64,000 bases of DNA from Candidatus Omnitrophota bacterium (GTDB lineage: Bacteria; Omnitrophota; Gorgyraeia; JAFGGP01), in NCBI GenBank assembly GCA_016930485.1, contig JAFGGP010000013.1:89157-153156 (forward strand), in the 5' to 3' direction. Each line of letters begins with the position of its first letter. Position 1 is the first letter of the stretch. The notes beneath the pieces were generated by a model, which saw only the letters and a list, made by a program, of their open reading frames with translations, did no database searches and had not been told where the DNA came from. Shown one piece after another: positions 1 through 10,549 of the stretch. The translations under genes were made by a program, and so were the position numbers.

Positions 1-1228
1 CCTGAGGGGCGAGGATGCCTGTGATGCGGTGAATGGACCCGGCGAGGCCCTCATCCTGCTGGATAAGACCGTATTCTATCCGGAGGGGGGGGGTCAGACA
101 GGAGACAGGGGATATCTGTATGCAGGGGGGGAGACTGCGAAAATTATCGATACCAAAAAAGTGAATGCCCATATCCTGCATTATGTTCGCTTACCCCAAA
201 GGGCCGCTGTTGCGGTTGGACAGAAAGTGCGTGTTTCGGTAGACCGTGAAAGGCGGCATGCCATTGCCCGTAATCACACCGCGACACATCTATTGCAGGC
301 GGCCTTACGCGAGATTCTTGGACAGCATATTCAGCAGGCGGGTTCAAAGGTGACTGATAGCGGACTCAGTTTTGACTTCTATCACCCTGAAAAACTCTCT
401 CAGGAAACGATTCGTGAAGTAGAGCAGGTAGTACAACGGCATATCTTTTTAGATGAAGCGGTCGACGCCTCCATCATGGACATAGAAAAGGCAAGGGAGT
501 TGGGTGCCCTTGCGTTTTTTGGTGAAAAGTATGGAGAAAAAGTTCGCGTTCTCAGGGTTGGCGGTTACTCGGCCGAATTATGCGGGGGCACGCATCTTGT
601 GTCAACCGGTCAAATTGGTAGCTTTAAGATCGTCTCCGAATCATCCATTGCAAGCGGGGTAAGAAGGATTGAGGCGGTTACTGGCTGGGGCGCCTACTAT
701 AAAATGCTCGACGATGCCGAAACCTTGAGCGCCCTTTCAAGGTTGCTCAAGGTGCCTGTCGAAAAACTTCCCGAGGCGGTAGAGGCCCTGTTAGAAAAGC
801 TCACGCATTTTTCCAAGCAGCTAAAACAGAAGGCCGCGTCGGATTTTTCTGTGGAAATCGAAGAGGCGCTCAAACGGGCAGTTTCTTTGCATGGGGTCAC
901 GCTGGTCGTACATCAAAAAGATGGTCTAACTCAGACAGAGATGAGGAGTTTGGCGGATCTGGTAAAAGGGCGCTGTGATACCTCTGTTAGCGTAATAGTG
1001 AGCCGGAATACCCCGGACAAGAGCTCTGTTTTGGTCGCCCTCACAAAAAATCTGGTTGAGACAAAGGCGATGGACGCGGGGGCTCTTTTAAAGGAACTGG
1101 CCGCGTCCTTTCATGGAAAGGGCGGCGGGTCGCGATATCTGGCCCAGGGCACTATAGCCGGGTCGACCTCTGTCGAAAAACTCAGCGCCAAGATGCAGGA
1201 GCTTGTAACGAGAACGATACGGCAATAA
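1..1228 (+). CDS. alaS: alanine--tRNA ligase, C-terminal ~408 aa (5' end upstream of window)
   Basis: Frame 2 is open from base 2 (LRGEDACDAV precedes the track ORF start at 29). Motifs seen: VFYPEGGGQTGDRG, editing-domain HTATHLL and CGGTH, C-terminal GKGGGS. Confidence 0.93.
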   Translation, partial: LRGEDACDAVNGPGEALILLDKTVFYPEGGGQTGDRGYLYAGGETAKIIDTKKVNAHILHYVRLPQRAAVAVGQKVRVSVDRERRHAIARNHTATHLLQAALREILGQHIQQAGSKVTDSGLSFDFYHPEKLSQETIREVEQVVQRHIFLDEAVDASIMDIEKARELGALAFFGEKYGEKVRVLRVGGYSAELCGGTHLVSTGQIGSFKIVSESSIASGVRRIEAVTGWGAYYKMLDDAETLSALSRLLKVPVEKLPEAVEALLEKLTHFSKQLKQKAASDFSVEIEEALKRAVSLHGVTLVVHQKDGLTQTEMRSLADLVKGRCDTSVSVIVSRNTPDKSSVLVALTKNLVETKAMDAGALLKELAASFHGKGGGSRYLAQGTIAGSTSVEKLSAKMQELVTRTIRQ

Positions 1229-1240
1229 CCAAGGATAACA

Positions 1241-2464
1241 GTGATGCGTATTTTAAGGAACAATAAAAAAGAGATTGAGCGGTTATTTCATAGATTTACC
1301 CCACAAAAAAAGAGGGTTACCGAGGGCGTTCGAAACATTCTTGAGAAGGTCAGGGTAGAAGGCGACAAGGCCCTCGTTGCTTTTACCAAGAAATTTGATA
1401 AGGTCTGCATTACCCCTCCCCAGCTTAAGATAACCGAGCGGGAAATACTCGATGCCTATCACGCGATCCGACCCGACTTTGTCAAAAACCTCAAGGCGAT
1501 TCTTGAAAATGTTACCGCCTATTATGTGCGGCAGAAAAGAAAGAGTTGGAAGTTCAAAACAAAGGATGGTGTCTTGCTCGGTGAGAAAATAGAGCCTCTT
1601 GAGAGTGTAGGGGTATACATCCCTGCCGGAAGCGCCCCCCTGATATCAACGGTCTATATGACGGTCTTGCCGGCACAGATTGCCGGGGTAAAGCGGATAG
1701 CACTGGTAAGTCCGCCCCAGAAGGACGGAAACATCGACCCGCACATACTTGTCGTTGCCAATCTTTTGAAAATAAAGGAGATGTATAAAATCGGCGGGGC
1801 TCAGGCGATAGCCGCGCTTGCCTACGGGACAAAGACAATCCCAAAGGTCGACAAGATAGTCGGCCCTGGCAATGAGTATGTCAGTGAGGCAAAACGCCAG
1901 GTGTTTGGTAACGTGGATATCGATATGATAGCCGGACCGAGCGAGGTGGTGGTTATTGCCAATCGATATTCAAATCCTCAATTTGTCATTAAGGAGCTTC
2001 AGGCTCAGGCAGAACACCGTAAGGGACTGGCGATATTGATAACAACCTCAAAGATGCTGGCAAAAACAGTAAAGAATAAAGTAGGCACAGGCTATATTAT
2101 CTTGGCAAAAAACACGGAGGAGGCGATCTATCTGTCAAATAAGATTGCGCCGGAGCATCTGCATATTATGATTAATAAACCCGAGAGGTTCATCTCGAGC
2201 GTGAGGCATGCGGGAGCCATTTTTGTCGGTCAATACACGCCGGTTGCCCTTGGTGATTACGTTGCGGGTCCAAGTCACGTCCTGCCGACATCGGGCACTG
2301 CCCGCTTTTTCTCAGGCCTGGGCATTAACGACTTTGTTAAAAGTTCGCACATTATCTCATATTCGAAGAAGGCCCTCGAAAAAGTCGCCCCCATTGTAGA
2401 AAATATCGCCAAATTAGAGGGGCTTGTTGGCCACTGGGAATCGGTCGAAACGCGATTACACTAG
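1241..2464 (+). CDS. hisD: histidinol dehydrogenase
   Basis: 407-aa ORF with GDYVAGPSHVLPTSGTARF and APEHLHI motifs. GTG 1241 and ATG 1244 both follow AAGGA (1231-1235), so the exact start is ambiguous. Confidence 0.93.
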   Translation: MMRILRNNKKEIERLFHRFTPQKKRVTEGVRNILEKVRVEGDKALVAFTKKFDKVCITPPQLKITEREILDAYHAIRPDFVKNLKAILENVTAYYVRQKRKSWKFKTKDGVLLGEKIEPLESVGVYIPAGSAPLISTVYMTVLPAQIAGVKRIALVSPPQKDGNIDPHILVVANLLKIKEMYKIGGAQAIAALAYGTKTIPKVDKIVGPGNEYVSEAKRQVFGNVDIDMIAGPSEVVVIANRYSNPQFVIKELQAQAEHRKGLAILITTSKMLAKTVKNKVGTGYIILAKNTEEAIYLSNKIAPEHLHIMINKPERFISSVRHAGAIFVGQYTPVALGDYVAGPSHVLPTSGTARFFSGLGINDFVKSSHIISYSKKALEKVAPIVENIAKLEGLVGHWESVETRLH

Positions 2465-2535
2465 AACTAACTAAATTCGTAAGGTGTGCATAAGATAGGT
2501 GTTAACACCTCTGTTTGATACAAGGAGAAGAAATT

Positions 2536-3129
2536 ATGGGGAGAGAGGCGAAGATCTCACGAAAAACAAAGGAAACAAACATCGCAGTAACATTGCGTAT
2601 TGATGGGGCAGGAAACTATGCTATTGCTACGGGCATACCTTTTCTCAACCACATGCTTGACCTTTTCGCAAAGCACGGCCTTTTTGATTTGACAATCGAA
2701 GCGGAGGGGGATCTTGAGGTAGACATACATCACACCAATGAAGATGTGGGGATTGCCCTCGGTGAGGCGTTTGCAAAGGCGCTCGCCGGCAAAGAAGGAA
2801 TCCGCCGTTTTGGATCAGCAATCGTCCCGATGGATGAGGCCCTGGCCCGGGTGGCGCTTGATATCAGCAATAGACCTTCTGTTTACTGTGAACTGCCGGA
2901 GCGTTTAACGTCTCTTAAAGGCGAGGCATACGCCTATACAGACCTTATGAGTTTTCTCAAGGCCTTTGTTGCTCATGCCGGCATCAACCTTCATATTGAT
3001 ATAGTGAAAGGGGATGACTTGCACCATTCTTTTGAGGCGGCTTTCAAGGGATTGGCAAAGGCACTGGATATGGCTACGCAGATCGATCCCCGCAGTAAAG
3101 GGGTACCTTCGACAAAGGGGCTCCTGTAA
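2536..3129 (+). CDS. hisB: imidazoleglycerol-phosphate dehydratase
   Basis: RKTKETNIAVTLRIDG and DIHHTNED / HHSFEAAFKGLAKAL motifs. The internal ATG at 2536 is preferred over the track start 2515 (AAGGAG at 2522-2527). Confidence 0.92.
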   Translation: MGREAKISRKTKETNIAVTLRIDGAGNYAIATGIPFLNHMLDLFAKHGLFDLTIEAEGDLEVDIHHTNEDVGIALGEAFAKALAGKEGIRRFGSAIVPMDEALARVALDISNRPSVYCELPERLTSLKGEAYAYTDLMSFLKAFVAHAGINLHIDIVKGDDLHHSFEAAFKGLAKALDMATQIDPRSKGVPSTKGLL

Positions 3130-3185
3130 GGGTGTGCGGGGGCAAAAATCGTCCCTCACTCTACAAGAAAGGCCGGCAGAAAAAA

Positions 3186-3791
3186 ATGATCGGGATTGTT
3201 GATTATGGTTCAGGGAATCTACGGAGTGTTACCAAGGCCTGCGAGCGCTTGGGCTCAAAGGCGGCAGTCACAGCCGACCCTCAAAGACTCAGGCAGGCCG
3301 ATAAAATCATCCTGCCCGGTGTCGGGGCATTCGAGGATGCCATACAGGCCCTTACCGCCTGCGGCCTTGTCGATGTGCTGAAGGAATTGATCCTTGAGGC
3401 AAAAAAACCATATCTGGGAATTTGCCTGGGCATGCAGCTTCTCTTTGAAAGGAGCGAGGAATCTGAGGGGGCTGAGGGCTTTGGCATATGCAGGGGAACG
3501 GTAAAAAAGTTTGACTCACGAACGGTGAAGGTCCCTCATATGGGGTGGAATGTCCTGAGGATGCGCGGCGCCTCGCCCCTTTTTCAGGGAATCGATGACG
3601 GGTTCTTTTTTTATTTTTGCCATTCGTACTATTGCGCCCCCGAGGACGACACAATCATATCCACCGTTACTGACTACGGTACAGAGTTTGCCTCATCGAT
3701 CGGAAAAGATAATATTTTTGCCGTTCAATTTCATCCGGAAAAAAGCCAGAAACTTGGACTGCGTGTCCTTGAGAATTTTTTAACCCTATAA
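3186..3791 (+). CDS. hisH: imidazole glycerol phosphate synthase, glutamine amidotransferase subunit
   Basis: MIGIVDYGSGNLRSV N-terminus, catalytic GICLGMQLL, VQFHPEKS. The track start 3132 abuts the hisB stop and adds 18 non-conserved residues. Confidence 0.92.
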   Translation: MIGIVDYGSGNLRSVTKACERLGSKAAVTADPQRLRQADKIILPGVGAFEDAIQALTACGLVDVLKELILEAKKPYLGICLGMQLLFERSEESEGAEGFGICRGTVKKFDSRTVKVPHMGWNVLRMRGASPLFQGIDDGFFFYFCHSYYCAPEDDTIISTVTDYGTEFASSIGKDNIFAVQFHPEKSQKLGLRVLENFLTL

Positions 3792-3794
3792 ACA

Positions 3795-4562
3795 ATGAAA
3801 ATCATCCCTGCGGTTGACATTATGAATGGCAAAGTAGTAAGGCTCTTGAGGGGCAACTATAGAGAGGTTACTGTTTATTCGGAGGACCCGGCGGCAAGGG
3901 CCTTGGAATGGGAGAATGAGGGTGCCGAGCTTTTGCATGTTGTCGACCTGGATGGTGCCCGCGATGGTGTGCTTTTAAATCTGGATTCAATAGCAGCAAT
4001 TGCAAAAAAGATCGAGATTCCTGTAGAGGTAGGTGGGGGCGTTCGCGGTAGGGAGGATGTTGCGCGCCTTTTTGACGTAGGTGTTGCAAGGGTAATTTTA
4101 GGTACGGTGGCCATTGAGAATAAAAATATGCTTGAAGAAATAGTGCGTGAGTTTAAGGAAGAGATTTATGTCAGCTTGGATATACATAAGATCATCGATA
4201 GAGCAGATGGCGTTTATCTTGAGACTGGTACGTCCGGATGGATTAAACCTGTTGCCGTTAGCAAAACAGAATTTCTTAAGAATCTACAAAACATAGGCGT
4301 AACAGGCATAGTCTGCACAGACATATCAAAAGATGGGATGTTGCAAGGGCCAAATATCAATCTCTTGAGGGATGTACTTGAAAGCACCTCTCTGTCGGTA
4401 ATTGCGTCTGGAGGAATCTCGAACATAGCAGACATAGAAAAACTTGCCGAGCTTAAGAAAGAAAACCTCGAAGGCGCGATTGTCGGAAAGGCGCTTTATG
4501 AAGGGCGGTTTCACTTATCCGAGGCAATCAGCATGTTGGCGCAGAGGGGGAATGAATGTTAG
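3795..4562 (+). CDS. hisA: ProFAR isomerase (1-(5-phosphoribosyl)-5-[(5-phosphoribosylamino)methylideneamino]imidazole-4-carboxamide isomerase)
   Basis: [18 protein letters not shown]-terminus, VVDLDGA, ASGGIS motifs. Lies between hisH and hisF. Confidence 0.92.
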   Translation: MKIIPAVDIMNGKVVRLLRGNYREVTVYSEDPAARALEWENEGAELLHVVDLDGARDGVLLNLDSIAAIAKKIEIPVEVGGGVRGREDVARLFDVGVARVILGTVAIENKNMLEEIVREFKEEIYVSLDIHKIIDRADGVYLETGTSGWIKPVAVSKTEFLKNLQNIGVTGIVCTDISKDGMLQGPNINLLRDVLESTSLSVIASGGISNIADIEKLAELKKENLEGAIVGKALYEGRFHLSEAISMLAQRGNEC

Positions 4563-5320
4563 CAAAGCGCATTATTCCCTGCCTTGACGTAAAGGAGGGC
4601 CGTGTAGTTAAAGGCACCCGCTTTGTGAATCTCCGCGATGCCGGCGACCCTGTTGAGGCTGCCCGGATGTATGACGAGCAGGGGGCGGACGAACTCGTTT
4701 TTCTTGATATCACCGCGTCTTTCGAAAAACGGGAGACTATGCTTGAGGTGGTAAAAAAAACGGCGGAGACGGTTTTTCTTCCCCTGACCGTAGGGGGCGG
4801 CATCGGAGGGGTGGGTATGATCAGGCGCCTTCTTGAGGCCGGCGCCGATAAGGTCTCGCTCAATACAGCGGCGGTAAATACCCCTGATCTGATAAATGAT
4901 GCCAGCAGAAAATTCGGGACTCAGTGCATCGTAGTAGCTATTGACGCTAAACGCTCCGGTGCATCGTGGGAGGTTTTTATTCACGGGGGAAGAACCTCTG
5001 CCGGCAAAGACGTAATTGAATGGGCCAGAGAGGCCAGAGACCGGGGTGCGGGTGAGATTTTACTGACAAGTATGGACTGTGACGGCACCAAAGATGGGTA
5101 TGACCTTGAACTGACCCGGGCTGTTTCAGAGGCGGTTGATATACCGGTTATTGCCTCGGGAGGGGCCGGGACGCTTCAGCACCTTTTAGATGCCCTGACC
5201 ACCGGAAAGGCACAGGCGGTTTTAGCCGCCTCGATATTCCATTTTAGTGAGTACACTATCCGGGAGGCAAAAGAGTTTCTTCATAAGGGCGGGGTATGCA
5301 TGCGCCTTGATGTCTCATAA
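4556..5320 (+). CDS. hisF: imidazole glycerol phosphate synthase, cyclase subunit
   Basis: [30 protein letters not shown] and ASGGAG motifs. Overlaps hisA by 7 nt. Confidence 0.95.
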   Translation: MLAKRIIPCLDVKEGRVVKGTRFVNLRDAGDPVEAARMYDEQGADELVFLDITASFEKRETMLEVVKKTAETVFLPLTVGGGIGGVGMIRRLLEAGADKVSLNTAAVNTPDLINDASRKFGTQCIVVAIDAKRSGASWEVFIHGGRTSAGKDVIEWAREARDRGAGEILLTSMDCDGTKDGYDLELTRAVSEAVDIPVIASGGAGTLQHLLDALTTGKAQAVLAASIFHFSEYTIREAKEFLHKGGVCMRLDVS

Positions 5321-5342
5321 AACGAATAAAGGAGATGTGTGA

Positions 5343-5735
5343 ATGGCCGATATCATCCGAAAGATAAAATTTAACAGCGCCGGTTTGGTGCCTGCTATTG
5401 TCCAGGACAGCCAGACCCGTGAGGTCCTTATGATGGCCTATATGAATGCGGAGGCGATAGAAAAGACACTGGCGACGGGCAAGATGCACTTCTACAGCCG
5501 CTCCAGAAAGACACTGTGGCTCAAGGGCGAGACCTCGTCGCATATCCAGGAAGTACGGGCAGTCTTTCTTGATTGCGACTCTGATACGCTGCTCTTTCAG
5601 GTAAGCCAGAGGGGCGGGGCATGCCACGAGGGATACCGGACATGTTTTTTTAAGCAGTTAAACAGCGATAAAGGCGATTTTACTATCGTAGGGGAAAAGG
5701 TGTTTGACCCTGAAAAAATCTACCGAAAAAAATGA
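5343..5735 (+). CDS. hisI: phosphoribosyl-AMP cyclohydrolase (monofunctional, no HisE domain)
   Basis: GLVPAIVQDSQTREVLMMAYMNAEA ... FYSRSRKTLWLKGETS ... CHEGYRTCF. At 130 aa there is no room for a pyrophosphohydrolase domain. Confidence 0.9.
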   Translation: MADIIRKIKFNSAGLVPAIVQDSQTREVLMMAYMNAEAIEKTLATGKMHFYSRSRKTLWLKGETSSHIQEVRAVFLDCDSDTLLFQVSQRGGACHEGYRTCFFKQLNSDKGDFTIVGEKVFDPEKIYRKK

Positions 5736-7237
5736 ATGATTTTTATCCATCAGAACGTGAATTTATCAGGCTTGCCAAACGCGGCAATCTCATCCCTATC
5801 TATACCGAGTTACCCGCTGATTTGGAGACCCCGGTTTCTGCCTATATGAAATCGTCGCATGAAAAATATTCCTTTCTGCTGGAGTCGGTTGAGGGAGGCG
5901 AGCATCTTGCGCGGTACTCCTTCCTCGGTTCATCGCCGTCACTTATCTTTAAAAGTAGCGGTAATGAGATTGAGATTACCGAACATGGAAAAAAATGCAC
6001 ATTTCGCTTGACGAAAGGCGATCCTCTCAAGGAGATACAGAAGATTATGTCCTGTTTCCGGTTTGTGCCAGTGCCAGGACTGCCTCGCTTTTGCGGAGGG
6101 CTTGTAGGTTATGTCGGATATGACATGGTACGTTTCTTCGAACATATTCCCGACAACAATGAGAATCCCCTTTGTGTGCCGGATGCTGTATTTTTGCTGA
6201 CCGACTCGCTTATTATCTTTGATCATTCCATGCAAAAGATAAAGATCGTTGTAAACGCGGCAACCGGTGATAGCCGGTCGCGGGAAGCATTGGTGGGTAT
6301 TTACAGAACCAGCGTCCAGAGGATTAAAAAACTATCGAGGCGCTTCTCCGGCAATTGCAAGGGTTATAAGACAGCCGCCCATCGCAAAGGACACCTGACA
6401 AAACGCCCACGAATTACCTCTCATGTAACAAAAAAGGTATTTATGGAGAATGTAAGAAAGGCGAAACGCTATATTAGAAACGGCGATATTGTGCAGACGG
6501 TGCTTTCGCAGCGTTTCTCTATGCCCATTCATTCCGATCGGCTCACTATTTACCGGGCACTGCGGTCGATTAATCCGTCCCCGTATATGTTTTATTTGCA
6601 GCTTGATGATATGGCCCTTATCGGTTCCTCTCCGGAGATATTTGTCAGATGCGAGGAAGGGAAGATCGAACTGAGACCTATTGCCGGCACCAGACCGCGG
6701 GGCCTCAATGAGAAAGAGGATAGGGCGCTTGAAAAGGAACTGCTCGCAGACCCCAAGGAACGGGCAGAACATGTGATGCTGGTTGATTTAGGCCGGAATG
6801 ACATCGGTCGGGTCTCACGCTACGGCTCTGTCACTGTGCCTGAATGCATGGTTATCGAGAGATATTCTCATGTTATGCACATCGTCAGCGGCTGCGTAGG
6901 AACCCTGAAAAAAAACAAGGATATCTACGATCTCATCAGGGCAACATTCCCCGCAGGAACGGTCAGCGGGGCGCCAAAGATCAGGGCAATGGAGATTATC
7001 GATGAACTAGAGAATGTGCGCAGGGGTCCCTACGCGGGTTTTGTCGGATATTTGAGTTTTTCGGGAAATCTTGATAGTTGCATCACTATACGGACCATTC
7101 TTATCAAGGGCAGGAGGGCCTATATTCAGGCGGGCGCCGGAATCGTAGCCGATTCACGCCCGGAGAGGGAATATGTAGAAACGGTCAATAAGGCAGGGGC
7201 GTTGATTGAGGCGCTGAAACTTGCCCATACCCTGTAA
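5732..7237 (+). CDS. trpE: anthranilate synthase component I
   Basis: [29 protein letters not shown] and [21 protein letters not shown] motifs. The start overlaps the hisI stop (ATGA). Confidence 0.93.
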   Translation: MNDFYPSEREFIRLAKRGNLIPIYTELPADLETPVSAYMKSSHEKYSFLLESVEGGEHLARYSFLGSSPSLIFKSSGNEIEITEHGKKCTFRLTKGDPLKEIQKIMSCFRFVPVPGLPRFCGGLVGYVGYDMVRFFEHIPDNNENPLCVPDAVFLLTDSLIIFDHSMQKIKIVVNAATGDSRSREALVGIYRTSVQRIKKLSRRFSGNCKGYKTAAHRKGHLTKRPRITSHVTKKVFMENVRKAKRYIRNGDIVQTVLSQRFSMPIHSDRLTIYRALRSINPSPYMFYLQLDDMALIGSSPEIFVRCEEGKIELRPIAGTRPRGLNEKEDRALEKELLADPKERAEHVMLVDLGRNDIGRVSRYGSVTVPECMVIERYSHVMHIVSGCVGTLKKNKDIYDLIRATFPAGTVSGAPKIRAMEIIDELENVRRGPYAGFVGYLSFSGNLDSCITIRTILIKGRRAYIQAGAGIVADSRPEREYVETVNKAGALIEALKLAHTL

Positions 7238-7256
7238 GGTGCACGAAGAGGGACAT

Positions 7257-7844
7257 ATGGTTCTGGTAATCGATAATTATGATTCATTTACCTACAATCT
7301 GGTGCAGTACCTCGGCGAACTCGGCGCGGATCTCGAAGTGTATAGAAATGATATGATTACAGCATCGGAGGCTAAGCGTCTTCATCCGGAATGCATTATC
7401 ATCTCGCCTGGCCCCGGGTCGCCAAAGGACGCGGGCGTCTCTAACGCCGTAATCCACGAATGCGGTCCTGTGATACCGCTGTTAGGGGTCTGTCTCGGTC
7501 ATCAGTGTATCGGTGAGGTTTTTGGAGGGAGGGTTGTGCAGGCGCCGCGGTTAATGCACGGAAAAACATCCCCTATTTATCACAATGAAAAAACTATCTT
7601 CACAGGTATCGCAAACCCCTTTGACGCAACCCGGTACCATTCATTAATGGTCGAAAAAAAAACACTCCCTGCATCTCTCGAGATCATCGCAAAAACCGAT
7701 ACGGATGAAATTATGGGATTGCAGCACAGACGTTACCCTGTATGGGGCGTGCAGTTCCATCCAGAGTCCATTCTGACCGTTGCCGGCAAAGAGCTGCTGG
7801 CTAACTTTCTTGCCATTGCCGTGGCATACCACAAAAAGAAATAG
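7257..7844 (+). CDS. trpG: anthranilate synthase component II (glutamine amidotransferase)
   Basis: [33 protein letters not shown]. The internal ATG 7257 is preferred over track start 7221, which overlaps trpE. Confidence 0.92.
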   Translation: MVLVIDNYDSFTYNLVQYLGELGADLEVYRNDMITASEAKRLHPECIIISPGPGSPKDAGVSNAVIHECGPVIPLLGVCLGHQCIGEVFGGRVVQAPRLMHGKTSPIYHNEKTIFTGIANPFDATRYHSLMVEKKTLPASLEIIAKTDTDEIMGLQHRRYPVWGVQFHPESILTVAGKELLANFLAIAVAYHKKK

Positions 7845-7848
7845 CGCC

Positions 7849-8628
7849 ATGTTTCTCGACACAATCGTTCACGAAAAATATAAAGAGATCGATAAAAAGA
7901 AAGGCGCATGCTCGCTTGCTGCCCTCAAGCAAAAGACCCGGGACAAAAGACGGGTCGCGGGAAAGTTTCTTACTGCGCTCAGGGGCTCCCCCGGCCCACG
8001 GATTATTGCAGAGATCAAGAGACGGTCGCCTTCGAAGGGTGTTCTCAGAGAAGGGATTGAGGTAGCATCTCTTGCGCGAACATACGAAGATAGTGGGGCC
8101 TGTGCGCTTTCGGTGCTGATCGACCATCGCTTTTTTGGCGGCTCTATCGAGGATCTGGAACAGGCGGTTCAGAGTGTTGATATACCCGTTCTCTACAAGG
8201 ACTTTATAGTAACAGAGTACCAGGTGTACGAGGCATGTGCCTACGGTGCCAGCGCCGTTTTATTGATAGCGCGTATCCTCGATGATGACACACTCCTTTT
8301 ATTGACGACCATTGCCAGAGAGCTTGGGCTGGATCCCCTTCTAGAGGTCCATGATACGACCGACCTTGAGCGGGCCCTGAAAACAAACCCGTCTCTCATA
8401 GGTGTGAATAACAGAAATCTGGATACATTTACCGTTGATATCACTATTTCAAAGGACCTGTTGCCGACTGTACCTGAGGGGATAATTACGGTGTGCGAAA
8501 GCGGGATCGAGACTGCCGAGGATATCCATGAATTAAGCCGGCAGGGGGCCGATGCCTTTTTAATCGGCGAGTCCCTTCTTCGACATGACAATATCAGCGC
8601 TCAATTACATGCGTTGCTGGGACGATAA
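7849..8628 (+). CDS. trpC: indole-3-glycerol phosphate synthase
   Basis: IIAEIKRRSPSKG, LIGVNNRNL and ESGI motifs. ATG 7849 lies 4 nt after the trpG stop. The track start 7780 overlaps trpG. Confidence 0.92.
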   Translation: MFLDTIVHEKYKEIDKKKGACSLAALKQKTRDKRRVAGKFLTALRGSPGPRIIAEIKRRSPSKGVLREGIEVASLARTYEDSGACALSVLIDHRFFGGSIEDLEQAVQSVDIPVLYKDFIVTEYQVYEACAYGASAVLLIARILDDDTLLLLTTIARELGLDPLLEVHDTTDLERALKTNPSLIGVNNRNLDTFTVDITISKDLLPTVPEGIITVCESGIETAEDIHELSRQGADAFLIGESLLRHDNISAQLHALLGR

Positions 8629-8630
8629 AC

Positions 8631-9254
8631 ATGGTTAAGATAAAGATCTGCGGTATCACTAATACCGATGATGCCTTGTATGCCGAAGGCCTTGGGGCGC
8701 ATGCCCTGGGTTTTATTTTTGCAGAAAGCCCTCGTTCGGTAACACCCCAAAAGGCAAGAGCCATTATCCGGTCGCTGCCCCCTTTTATCAGTAAGGTCGG
8801 CGTTTTCGTTGACCCGTCGTACGATACACTGAAGGATGTAATCGCCATAACAGGTATTACCGCCGTACAACTTCACGGTGAAGAGTCGGACAGTTTCTGT
8901 GCCCGCGTAAGAGACATATGTCCGGTCATCAAGGGATTCCGCATAAAAGTGCGCGCAGACATCGAGGGGATCGGGGGTTACAAGAATATCGACGCCGTTC
9001 TTCTCGATACCTACAGTGAGAGGGCTAGGGGAGGGACAGGGATGTCTTTTGACTGGGAACTAGCCAAAAAAGCAAAAACGTACGGCATTCCTCTTATTTT
9101 GGCAGGGGGCATATCTTGTGAAAATATTTCCGAGGCGATTACCTCTGTCCGTCCATATGCTATTGATGTGGCAAGCTCTATCGAAAAGGCCCCCGGGAAA
9201 AAGGACCCTGCCTTACTCGAAAAGTTATTCTTTCGATTGAGACAATCAGCCTGA
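8631..9254 (+). CDS. trpF: phosphoribosylanthranilate isomerase
   Basis: MVKIKICGIT N-terminus, LQLHGEES-type motif (VQLHGEES), LILAGGI. Lies directly after trpC. Confidence 0.9.
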   Translation: MVKIKICGITNTDDALYAEGLGAHALGFIFAESPRSVTPQKARAIIRSLPPFISKVGVFVDPSYDTLKDVIAITGITAVQLHGEESDSFCARVRDICPVIKGFRIKVRADIEGIGGYKNIDAVLLDTYSERARGGTGMSFDWELAKKAKTYGIPLILAGGISCENISEAITSVRPYAIDVASSIEKAPGKKDPALLEKLFFRLRQSA

Positions 9255-9976
9255 TGGACCCCCGAGATTTTTCCGATAACCGAAAGAATTACGACCTCCT
9301 CAAGGAGCGTGCATTATCGTGTGGTTTAGCGTTTTTTGGCGTCGCCGCCACCGCACAAATCCCCTCGGAGTATCTCCTTATAGAAACCGATCTCATCAAG
9401 CAGTTTCCCTATGCAATCTCGGCAGGGTACCGCCTGTCAAAAGCCGTGTTACAAACGATTGATACTGCCCCATCGCTTCTCTACTCGATGCATTACAGAA
9501 GAGTTAACACCCTGCTCGATCACACCGCTCTTATGCTTGCCACTGTTATCCAGCAGTCCGGTTTTGAGGCGCTGCCGATACCTGCATCGCAGGTGGTGGA
9601 TTGGACCGCGGAAAAAGGCACCGTTAGTCACCGACATGTCGCCTTCCAGGCCGGATTAGGCTGGATAGGCAGAAATAATCTCCTGGTTAATCCGAATTGC
9701 GGATCCCAGTTGCGGCTAGTGAGCATACTGACCGACTTTCCTCTGGAGGTTAACCAACCTTCTATTCAGGAGGATTGCGGGGATTGCCTTGATTGCGTCA
9801 GGGCCTGCCCGGTAGAGGCCATAAAGCGTGAACGAAAGGATTTTGATTTTGCTGCCTGTTCAGCCAAACTTAACGAATTTTCTAGGATTCGGGGCATCGG
9901 ACATAAAATCTGTGGCGTCTGCGTCAAGGCGTGTTGGGGGCAGGCCTCTTTACGAAGGCACCTTTCACAGGAGTAG
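9254..9976 (+). CDS. QueG/reductive-dehalogenase-like 4Fe-4S protein (short, 240 aa)
   Basis: SHRHVAFQAGLGWIGRNNLLVNPNCGSQLRLVSILTD followed by CGDCLDCVRACP and CGVCVKAC cluster motifs. The start ATG overlaps the trpF stop (TGATG). Confidence 0.55.
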   Translation: MDPRDFSDNRKNYDLLKERALSCGLAFFGVAATAQIPSEYLLIETDLIKQFPYAISAGYRLSKAVLQTIDTAPSLLYSMHYRRVNTLLDHTALMLATVIQQSGFEALPIPASQVVDWTAEKGTVSHRHVAFQAGLGWIGRNNLLVNPNCGSQLRLVSILTDFPLEVNQPSIQEDCGDCLDCVRACPVEAIKRERKDFDFAACSAKLNEFSRIRGIGHKICGVCVKACWGQASLRRHLSQE

Positions 9977-9979
9977 ATA

Positions 9980-10540
9980 ATGGGCAGTGTTACTACACCG
10001 CATCCTGTTAAGCTTATTAGCAGCGTATTCAGCAATGACAGGGCCCTTATCCAGGAAACAAAGAAACGCCTTGAGGGAATGTTCGGGGTTATCGACTATG
10101 AAAGTAAGGAATTTATATTTGACGATACCGTATATTACGAAAGAGAGATGGGGGAGGGGCTTGTCCGTTATTTCTACAGCTTTGGACCGTTAATGCCTCC
10201 CGATGTGCTCCCAGACGTTAAAATGAAGACCAACGCGCTCGAGATGGAATTCAGCGTCTCAGGAAAAAGACGCGTCAACATCGACCCTGGTTTTATCTCA
10301 CTTGGAAAACTGGTCCTTGCTACTACAAAAGACCATCAGCACAGGATTTACCTCTCCCGAGGGATCTTTGCAGAGGTAACACTGCGGTTCCAGAATAACA
10401 CCTTTACCCCCTGGGAATGGACATATCCGGATTACCGGTGCCCTGAATATATTACTGCATTCAATACCATAAGAGACGAGTATAAAAAGAGTTTTGAGCA
10501 TAAACGAACGCCCTTAGCACATCCCCACAATATCGCATAA
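9980..10540 (+). CDS. DUF4416-like protein of unknown function
   Basis: PHPVKLI N-terminus, NIDPGFISLGKLVLATTKDHQHRIYL and WEWTYPDY match my recollection of the DUF4416 family. Starts 4 nt after the upstream gene. Confidence 0.5.
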   Translation: MGSVTTPHPVKLISSVFSNDRALIQETKKRLEGMFGVIDYESKEFIFDDTVYYEREMGEGLVRYFYSFGPLMPPDVLPDVKMKTNALEMEFSVSGKRRVNIDPGFISLGKLVLATTKDHQHRIYLSRGIFAEVTLRFQNNTFTPWEWTYPDYRCPEYITAFNTIRDEYKKSFEHKRTPLAHPHNIA

Positions 10541-10549
10541 CAGTGAAAA

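Noticed and set aside
2497-2510. Perfect 14-nt palindrome AGGTGTTAACACCT between hisD and hisB
   Set aside because: It is short and has no T-run, so it is not a terminator. There is no second copy in the window to suggest an operator. It is probably incidental.
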